A stretch of DNA of 64,000 nucleotides from Utricularia gibba (taxonomy: Eukaryota; Plantae; Magnoliophyta), in contig NEEC01000012.1 in the NCBI GenBank assembly GCA_002189035.1, positions 930,001 through 994,000 on the forward strand, read 5' to 3'. Shown here in pieces: positions 50,655 to 59,309 of this stretch. A program made the position numbers and the translations under genes. Below the pieces are notes generated by a model. It was not told the origin of the DNA, ran no database searches, and was given only the letters and a program-made list of their open reading frames with translations. The first letter of the stretch is position 1. Each line of letters starts with the position of its first letter.

Positions 50655-51489
50655 ACTGTAGGACAAGAAAACAAACTCTACAAACTAAGGAAGTCATTAT
50701 AGGGCTTATAAACAAGTATTCAAACAATGGCATGAGAAATTTAATGAACATCATATGGATTTTCAACATTTTCAGTAGAGAAATATGTATACATTAAGTT
50801 AATTAATAACCGTTGTGTTATTATTAACTTAAATGTGGATGATCTTTCTTTATTTGGTGACAACACTGAGGTTTTTACCAACACTAAAGCATTCTTGACT
50901 TTGAGGTTTAACATGTAAGATATGAGAGAAGCTTCATGCATTCTTAGAGTTAAAATCATAAAATGTGATCGAGTTTCATGATCATATAGGATCACTATAT
51001 GGAAAAAATCTTGAGAAAGCTTAACCACTTTGAGATGAAACCTGTGAGAACACATATAATCTAAGTATGAGACTACATAAAAATAAATAAGATCTAATAA
51101 CTCAACATGAGTATGCACAAACATTACTATATAGTCATTAATATAACACCTAATTGAATGACTTAATCCAAAATTAACATTTAGTATTACATAATAAATA
51201 TATAGAAAATGACACTTAATATCAAACTATTTTGCAACAAACAATGGACATGTCCAAGAGATGTCATTTTCAGCACACAACTACAAGTATACTCCAAGAA
51301 GACGGCAATGAGCACGACTACACGATGCGATGGGGGGGAGGGGGGGGGGATACCACATGATGGGGGCGGCAAACAGCCGGTGTGCAAAGGCGATGGGTGC
51401 GAGCATCTGCAAGCAACAACCGTCAATGCCAGTGGTGACAACGAGGGGGTGAGGGGATGCAAAAGAATTAAGGAAAATGAACAAATGAA

Positions 51490-51780
51490 TACATGGGGAC
51501 CAATTTTGTGAAAATTTCAAATAGTGGAGATTTTTTGTGCAAATATTTTTTGGGGACTAATTACACCAATGCACAAATATTGGGAATTAATGATGTATGG
51601 GTTTTGAACAGGCGAGATCGAGGATGCTTGATGTGAAAACTATGGGGACTAAAAATGCCAAACATCTAAAAATTTGGGTTCTAATTATGTACGAAATCCG
51701 AAATGATGGGGATCATTTATGCATGATAATAAAATGATAGGAATTAATTTTGTCAATAGGAAATAACTGTGTTTTTCACA
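51490..51780. repeat. Possible MULE-like TIR/subterminal repeat remnant
   Basis: Spaced ggggact/ggggacc/ggggatc units at roughly 50-100 bp intervals. No matching second TIR was found. Confidence 0.3.
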
Positions 51781-52169
51781 TGAAATATTATAGACTATTT
51801 TTAACATTATGTAAAACAGTAAAATGTTTAATACAATTTTCCGTTTTGTTTAATTATTTAAGTATCATATAATGTATACTTGATTTGACAGGAAAGTGGC
51901 CATGGAGACTTGGGAACAGCGTAGCGACGGATAATGAAAAATCAGACAAAGGAATAGGTCCGAGACAAATCAATAGGAAATGCTGTTTGCTTCGTAAGAA
52001 GTTGTTCAGGTGGTGAGAAACAGACGAATACTTTTAATTCTCAATTGAGGGCTTTTTTTACTCCTAGATTAATGCAGTTTATTTAATCCATTCTCATCCT
52101 CTATAGTAATGCATGGCAATTGGTCAATTAAGCAATTCCCGGCGGAGATGACAGAAGACCGATGCTGCT

Positions 52170-55100
52170 TCACGACTCAGCATCATCGTCCGTGTAATCG
52201 TCATCATCTTCTTGTTCTTCTTCTAGCACCAACTGCTCATTTTGAACCTCAACGTAGAAGTCCTCGTCTCCCCAATCACGCCTCCTTTGCTTCAATATTT
52301 TCTTGGCTGATTTGAGAATCAGGGCTCCGCAGGATTGTATTCGAATCCTTGACAGTGATGAAATACCACAAATATCATCATGAGAGATCCTCATTGTTTG
52401 GGTGCTGTCTATCGCAAGAGTTCGGAGCTGGGGGAACAGCTCTTCTCCCACTTTCAAGTACACGAGCGTCGGACACATAGCAAACTTCAAGTGCTTCAGT
52501 CTGCTGAATTCACCTTCGCAGAGGCTACACCATTCCTCATTTTCAAATGTGCAGTAGAAGAATACCAACTCCTCGAGATGGTGCAACTCCATAAGAGTCT
52601 TGGTTCTAGAGTCATTAATTAAGGCATCTTGGAGCAGTAATCTCTTGAGCGAACTGGGGAGGGGGAATCCACCCCATTGGCGCAGCTCCCTTATCACCTT
52701 CAGATTTGGGAATCGGAATGCGATGGTGGGAGGCCATTCCACCATCTCCCCTCTTCCTACTTTTCCAAAGATGACCAAGTGTTGAAGTTGCTGCCATGTT
52801 TGTAACCTCCTCTGATTCTCTATTACATCACTGTAGTTATACCACTCGAATCTATCCAGGCTCATCATCATCGTTTCAAACAATGAAAACTCATCTTCTT
52901 CTTTTGCATCACTGTTTTCAAACTCTGAGAAGCAATTTTCATTCTCAGATTCCAACCCCAACAATCTTCCATCGATCTTTAAATAAAACCTCTCATCTCC
53001 TGATCTTCGCTTCTCATTCAATGTTTCAAGCGCCGAATCTACAACTGATCGTCCACAACTGTCTACTCGTATCGACTGAAATGATGATATGTTAGAAAGA
53101 TAACCAGTAAAACGAAAATCAACACAACGTAACCAAAGTGTTACAAGTTGAGGAAAGGCAAATTCTTCCAATAACAAAGACGAGATTTTACCGGCAGAAA
53201 TGCCCAAGTACTTCAAACGACGAAATCCAGGAGGATACCCACACCACTTATTCGTACCAAGTATGCATTTATGGAATACCAAATGCTCAAGATTGGGTAG
53301 ATCCTTAATGGCTCTGATGCCGTGTTCGTCAATAGTGGCATGGCATATGCCCAATCTCCTGAGTGAATGACGACGGAAATATCGAAAACCCAATATATTA
53401 TTTCCATGTACATTATCCCAGTAAAGAGACTCATCCACCTCAATCAGCTGGTCGAAGATGACACCCTCTTTGACTGTAGGTACAAAAGCAGAAAATTTAA
53501 GCTGTGGCATCATTTCATACGAGTGCCATGCATCATGCGCATGCATCTGAACGTTCCACAACAAACTCCCTGAGAAATGATAATTTGAAAAATTATAAAT
53601 AACATCTTTGTCCACTCCATGAAAATGTGGAACATTAACTTCACATATAGATGTGTTGCTTGATGACAGAGTGGGGTGCATCATTCGAGAACAAAAGTGC
53701 TCCATTAGTTCGAACTTCTTGCATTTATAGCAAACATGTGCAGAATTCGAAGGACTAGAAGGTAAAATAGTACGTAGTTGATGAAAGATTCTGCCATAAC
53801 AAGATATCTTACTATAGTTCATGGGGTCTGTGTCATGAAACTCCATGAAATAAGTAATGGAGCAACCTACACATCTCGTGATTGTAATATCCAAAGTCCC
53901 TCTTGTACAAACATTCTCAATAGATAACTCTTTTCGGCATAACTCGAGTAAGAGATCATGCACTACTAGTGTTTTAATTCCCATAATCTCATCAAATCTC
54001 CTAACAAAGATCATGTTCCTTTCAATAAGATCTTTCAAGTAATCTAACGCAACCTCTTCGATCCCTCGACCTTCTTCAGGTTTTACAATAGAGTCCACGA
54101 TCCACTGTTGTATCACCACACCAACGTCAATACCCGCAACATCATCATTATAAAATGTCAAGCTAAGAAAGCACAATTTCAGATGAAGCGGCATGTAATG
54201 GTAGCTTAAGGATAATATTTTCATACAGTGCTCATCATCTTGTAAACCAACCAGTGATGTTAGATTTGTGGCAACAAACCTCCAAACTTGCAAAGTCATG
54301 TCATATTTTGAAAGAAGCCCACTGATTGTTACAATTGATATTGGAAGTCCTTTGCAGTTTCGAGCAATATCTCTTCCAACTTCCTGCAACTCATGCGGAC
54401 AGTGTTCTCCAAAGAAGACTTTTTTGCTCAACAAATCCCAACTTGCCTCTTCGTCTAATAAATCCATTCGGTGAGAAAATGTAGGGGAAAGAGATGCAGC
54501 AACTCCTGATTCTCTCGTGGTCACAATGATGCGACTTCCCTTTGTGTTGTTAGAAAAGTGTACTACTAATTCTTCCCAAGCGTGGATGCTCCATAAATCA
54601 TCCAACACGATCAAATACCTCTGATCGACAATCTCATGATGCAATCTAGTCCCCAAAACACTTATCTCGTGAGTGTTTTTATCCTCAAGAAGATTTTGAA
54701 GTATTTTTCTCACATCACATGCTTGAGTAACAGTGATCCAATAGTGCCTATCAAAGTGCTTCCTAACCACCGAATCCTCATAAACACACCGAGCTAAAGT
54801 CGTTTTACCGCTACCACCCATCCCCACGATGGTTGTGACTTGTCGGTCTCTGATGCCATTCATAAGTCCTTCCCTCATCCTGTGCAAGGGAAGCTCGATT
54901 CTCACCAGAGGCGTTTGCTGAGTCTTGTCATATGGAAGCAGAACCGCAGCCTCGTTTGTAATCGTCAAGGACCTGCATTCTCCACTACCGTTTGTTAGTC
55001 GTTGTGTAACCAACTCTAGTTCTTGAATAAGAACATCAATATCTCCGTTGATAGCAAAGATTGCTCTGTCAAATTCATCCCCAAGAAGATCAAGATCCCG

Positions 55101-55460
55101 CATTTTTTGATCAAGAACATGATAGTCAATAATATTTCTCCAGTTGAAGCCACAATCGATGAATCTTTGACACAGGGATTTTATACCTGGGTTCACATCT
55201 CTGGAGGGGAGTTTCTCCAGTAACCTCATCCAGGAATGAAGCTTGTCTTTAAAACCATTTACACTCCCAATATCTACTAAAAGTAGCTTATATTCGTGTT
55301 GCACTACCACGCTTTCGACGAGCTGTAGAAGAGTGAGTGCAGAGTAATAAGCTGGTATTATCCCCGGATGCAGATCCTCTCCCTCCTCCGATAACTCCCC
55401 ACAAGAGGAAATGCTGGTACCAGCGTCTTCCCTGGGGGCCGTCCCCAAACAATTTCCCAT
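52170..55460 (-). CDS. CC-NB-ARC-LRR disease-resistance-like protein (R1B/RPP13-like), 1096 aa, single exon
   Basis: P-loop GMGGSGKTT, RNBS-A FDRHYWITVTQ, kinase-2 RYLIVLDDLW, RNBS-B GSRIIVTTR, GLPL-like CKGLPISI, RNBS-D LKLCFL, MHD-like VHDLL. LRR modules with FPQL and SCG...SA caps. The ORF is uninterrupted. Confidence 0.93.
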   Translation of the reverse strand: MGNCLGTAPREDAGTSISSCGELSEEGEDLHPGIIPAYYSALTLLQLVESVVVQHEYKLLLVDIGSVNGFKDKLHSWMRLLEKLPSRDVNPGIKSLCQRFIDCGFNWRNIIDYHVLDQKMRDLDLLGDEFDRAIFAINGDIDVLIQELELVTQRLTNGSGECRSLTITNEAAVLLPYDKTQQTPLVRIELPLHRMREGLMNGIRDRQVTTIVGMGGSGKTTLARCVYEDSVVRKHFDRHYWITVTQACDVRKILQNLLEDKNTHEISVLGTRLHHEIVDQRYLIVLDDLWSIHAWEELVVHFSNNTKGSRIIVTTRESGVAASLSPTFSHRMDLLDEEASWDLLSKKVFFGEHCPHELQEVGRDIARNCKGLPISIVTISGLLSKYDMTLQVWRFVATNLTSLVGLQDDEHCMKILSLSYHYMPLHLKLCFLSLTFYNDDVAGIDVGVVIQQWIVDSIVKPEEGRGIEEVALDYLKDLIERNMIFVRRFDEIMGIKTLVVHDLLLELCRKELSIENVCTRGTLDITITRCVGCSITYFMEFHDTDPMNYSKISCYGRIFHQLRTILPSSPSNSAHVCYKCKKFELMEHFCSRMMHPTLSSSNTSICEVNVPHFHGVDKDVIYNFSNYHFSGSLLWNVQMHAHDAWHSYEMMPQLKFSAFVPTVKEGVIFDQLIEVDESLYWDNVHGNNILGFRYFRRHSLRRLGICHATIDEHGIRAIKDLPNLEHLVFHKCILGTNKWCGYPPGFRRLKYLGISAGKISSLLLEEFAFPQLVTLWLRCVDFRFTGYLSNISSFQSIRVDSCGRSVVDSALETLNEKRRSGDERFYLKIDGRLLGLESENENCFSEFENSDAKEEDEFSLFETMMMSLDRFEWYNYSDVIENQRRLQTWQQLQHLVIFGKVGRGEMVEWPPTIAFRFPNLKVIRELRQWGGFPLPSSLKRLLLQDALINDSRTKTLMELHHLEELVFFYCTFENEEWCSLCEGEFSRLKHLKFAMCPTLVYLKVGEELFPQLRTLAIDSTQTMRISHDDICGISSLSRIRIQSCGALILKSAKKILKQRRRDWGDEDFYVEVQNEQLVLEEEQEDDDDYTDDDAES

Positions 55461-55861
55461 ACCGAAAAACAGACCGTGCCGGGTTGCTGAGATTCAACCC
55501 CAGTCGGCGAGTGGCATCAGAGCTTCAAAGTTTTAGAAGAAATTGGAGACGAAGAACTTCAATGATGAGTTTGAGAAGAAGATAATAACTCAAACTGATA
55601 CAAACCACACATATTAGGAGAGAGTGAATAATCCTTCCTCCTTTCCTTCATATATCTCTTCATTAATTACAATATAATTAATATATCAAACTAAATATAT
55701 TTCAACAGTTCCCCCACACCCCCCCCCCCTCATTTCAGCGCGGTTGAACCGTTGATAAAAAATTGGCAAAAATGGGTCCACGCGTCTTCTTCATCTACGA
55801 ATTTCTTACATCGCCGATAAATGGCCCCGCTACTTTTAAAAAAATAAAAATAGATTACTTA

Positions 55862-56149
55862 GGGTGTAATGACTAAATCAACAACTTCTACTTAATTCAT
55901 AAGTAAAAGTTATTATACAAGTGGATGTAAAATAAGTAGAAGTAGTCTATTTTAAATTAAATAACCTATTTATTGAATAAGTCACATTTTATCAATTTAT
56001 GTGATAAATTGTTGAAATAATGAAAATTGAAATAAGTTACAAATAAATAGAAATTAAGTTCTAAAACAAGTAGAAATATTCTGTAAAACAATTACTTTTA
56101 CTTTTATTTTAAATCATAAGTTATAAAATAAGCCGCATACACTACATCC
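55862..56149. mobile_element. Tourist/PIF-Harbinger-like MITE (288 bp) in the NLR-CYP intergenic region
   Basis: TTA flanks at 55859-55861 and 56150-56152. Imperfect TIRs gggtgtaatg / cactacatcc. AT-rich interior. Confidence 0.6.
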
Positions 56150-57095
56150 TTAATTATAAATCAAATTTCCGGGTGTGGATTCTCCGTTTTTTTAAATTAT
56201 TAATATTAATAATAAATATATATTTATTTAATTAACGAATGAAAATTTTAACGTATTCATTTGATTTTATTATATTTTTATTTTTCATTTTAACTTTTGA
56301 GTGTTCGATCATTATATATCTTGTTGTCATTGTTTACCATTGAAAGTTTAATGATTATCATTCATCCATTATCAATTTAATGTTCATTTTTATTTTGTAA
56401 ATGTTCAATTTTTTATTAAAAATTATTTTATTTTATTATTTTTAAAAATAATTTAAATATTATAAAATTGAAATTAATCTTATATATCAATAATTTTCAA
56501 ATCACTAATAGTTGCATCCAAATTAGTGAATCTTAGAATTTACACACCCATACCTATATCCGAGGACGAAAGTGATTTGCCTTCCTAATGTAACATGGAT
56601 AAGAAGCCTCTCCCTCCCTCCAACTATCTTTTTGTTCTGGACATTGAATTGAAAATCTCATCTTCCTAGTTTCAAGTTGAGTGCTTTGGTCAACTTAGAA
56701 TGAGTATCTACCCTAAGCTTCTCAATCTCCGGGCACGTAATGTACTACACGATGCCAACTTTTGTGGGCACGAACGACATTTGGGTGTGCAGTTAGGCAG
56801 CTGGTTTGATATTGCGAATCATTTTAGGGGCGTCTGATATCCCCATCCCGTCGTCCACGCAGTTTTTCTATTTGGCTTGTTTTGCAACACATCCGCCACC
56901 TTAATCCATAGTCCATGGCATTGGGGTTCACGTCAAGGGCGGTACTTGCCAAAGAACTCTGAAAGTGTACTATTTTTTGTACAACAACGCGCCTAAACGA
57001 AAGGAAAAGTTGTGGAGGAAGGAGGAGAATGAGGGGGCTCGCTGCATTTAAATAGACAGACACATGAAGACGAGGGAAGACACCAAGTTTCAGCC

Positions 57096-58836
57096 ATGGC
57101 TCTTCTCTCCGGCGTGCTCCTAATCTCGGTGCTTCTCCCTGTCGTAATATTCGCGTTGTTCATGGCTCAGCGGGGCCATGAATGCGGCTCCAAGTTGCCC
57201 AAATGCTATCCCATTGTCGGCTCCTTCTTCCAGATCCTCAATAACCTGGAGGAGTACATACAATGGACGGCTGCGATCGTCAACTCAACCCCGAACCAGA
57301 CGTTCGTCCTCAACTGGGCGATGGGGCGGCGCGAAATCTTTACCTCGAACGCGGAAAACATCCACCAAATTCTTGTCACCAAGTTCGACGTCTACGAGCG
57401 AGGCGAGTTGTTTCAAGCGACTCTTGACGAGTTTATGGGAGACAGTATCTTTACGTCCGATGGCGATGCGTGGAGGTTAGAATATTTACTCCTCGTTCGC
57501 TGGATTTGTTACAATAATAATGGGTATTTAAGGAGGTAACTATTCCATCTGCTGATAGACTCCATCGGAAGCTGGCCCTCCGAGCTTTCAGTACCAAGTC
57601 ACTGCGGAAATTTGTCAATTCAATTGTGGAGGCCGAGCTCTCAGACCGCCTAATCCCGATTCTGGAATCCTGTAGCAGCGAAGACAAGGTCATTGATTTT
57701 CAAGACATTCTGCAACGATTCACCTTCGACAGCATCTGTAGAATCGCTTTTGGATATGATCCTATGTATCTCTCGCCATCGATGCCTAAAGAGAAGTTCG
57801 CCGCAGCACTAGACAGTGTAAGATTTTACAATTTTGGGCACTTATAAGAAGGATACTTGTCGAAGTATCTTATTTAGCTACATTTTGCACCCATGGAACT
57901 CTCTAATTAGCTCTTCTATTTCTTGCATTAGGGGAAAGCTCACGTGCAAAGAAGATTCACATCAATAGCTCCTTGTCTCTGGAAGCTCAAGAGGGCTTTT
58001 AACTTAGGAACAGAGAAGGAGCTCGCGATCGCCATCTCTCAAGTAGAAAACATCGCCATGAAGATAATACGCCAGAAGAAGCAAGCAATGGAGTTGCAGA
58101 CAAAATGCGCAATTGATGACGACGACCTTCTCACGATAATTATGAAAACCGCTGTTTACGACGAAAGAACATTGCTGCATACCGTGATCGCCTTCATTTT
58201 CGCCGGCCTGGACACCACTTCCGTCGCGCTCACATGGTTCTTTTGGATGATCTCCAAAAACCCACAAGTTCAAAACAAAATCGTGCAGGAGATTAAAGAT
58301 ATGGCATCTGAACAAGCGGATTACGATAGCGTGAAGAAGATGGTTTACACTCACGCCGCCGTCTGCGAAGCCCTGCGGCTCTACCCCCGATCCCTTTGGA
58401 TTTCAAGGTGCCCAACCGCGACGACGTGTTACCCGATGGGACGTTCGTGGAGAAGGGCTGCGTCGTGGTCTATCACATCTATGCGATAGGGCGGAATGAA
58501 AGGGTGTGGGGAGGCGACTGGGCGGCCTTCCGGCCAGAGCGGTGGCTGGAGGAGGCGCCGGCGGCTGCGGGAGGCAAGTGGGTATTCAAGAACATTGATG
58601 CGTCTGTTTTTCCCGTGTTCAATGCAGGGCCAAGGACGTGCTTGGGGAAGGATATGTCCTTGTTGCAGATGAAGAGCGTTATTGCTAGTGTTGTACGGAA
58701 GTTTGAGATCCTTCCCGTCGACGGATTTGAGCCGACGTACGTATCCTTCCTCTCCTCCAAGATGAAGCATGGCTTCCCAGTGAGAATCAAACCCAGAGAT
58801 TTCACTCAAGTGGGCGGCGATAAACCAGATTACTAA
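57096..58836 (+). CDS. Cytochrome P450, CYP94-like (CYP86 clan); exons 57096-57475, 57559-57817, 57932-58836; apparent 1-bp deletion in C-run 58384-58388 (514 aa if corrected)
   Basis: FSTKSLRKFV..ELSDRLIPIL..DFQDILQRFTFDSICRIAFGYDP (CYP94 signature), I-helix FIFAGLDTTS, ExxR EALRLYP, FRPERW and heme FNAGPRTCLG. TATA-like TTTAAATA at ~57047. Confidence 0.9.
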
Positions 58837-59309
58837 TATTTTATTTTCATTATTATTAGTAGTAGTAGCATGATTATTATGATTGTGATGTTGGCGATTA
58901 TTAGTATTATTAAACAAATATTCAACTGATGAAACGAGGAAGAATACAACACAATCATGCCTTTTAAATGAACAATGGCACCTTGGTTAATGTCCAACAC
59001 TTGCGCGAGAGACAACAACATGCAAGGAGGAGGAGGAGAAGTCTTTGGATTACATCCCATACCAAGAAGCCTCAAGGAAGCTTAAGAAAATAGAATCCTC
59101 TCGGCCTACAATAAGATGAGTCCAGGGTACAACCCATGTGAATACAAGTCATCCAATAATCTATCTAGAGATGTGTGTTGTCCAATGGTATAATATAACG
59201 GCTAGTTCGAATGAAACTCATATATAAGCTAGAGACATTGTAAAAATCTAAAGGAAAAAATTGTAGAGAAAATCTACTTTATATCTATTCAAAAATCAAT
59301 AATTTATCA

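Larger units (their letters stand above)
36361..51080 (+). mobile_element. Ty1/copia element fragmented by three insertions; pieces at ~36361-37073 (LTR-like + gag), ~45990-46245 (integrase), 47932-48431 and 50655-~51080 (RT)
   Basis: FPDISKIEPF (gag); GEAILIVCHVQNKV...KVMLPNPNKRKIG...AEFF (integrase); NIFP...KRSKRQR...FGDDFYIYL...WKEAINIEIDSL...HQMDVK (RT start); GQENKLYKLRKSL...NVDDLSLFG...DMREASCIL (RT). The pieces are collinear and on one strand. Confidence 0.75.

Noticed and set aside
51333-51349. Poly-G tract, inverted relative to the poly-C tract at 55711-55729 on the other side of the NLR
   Set aside because: Low-complexity only, with no further homology between the flanks, so not TIRs of an element carrying the NLR.
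58429-58917. Antisense ORFs over the P450 (and over the NLR and transporter exons)
   Set aside because: Shadow frames of GC-rich coding sequence.
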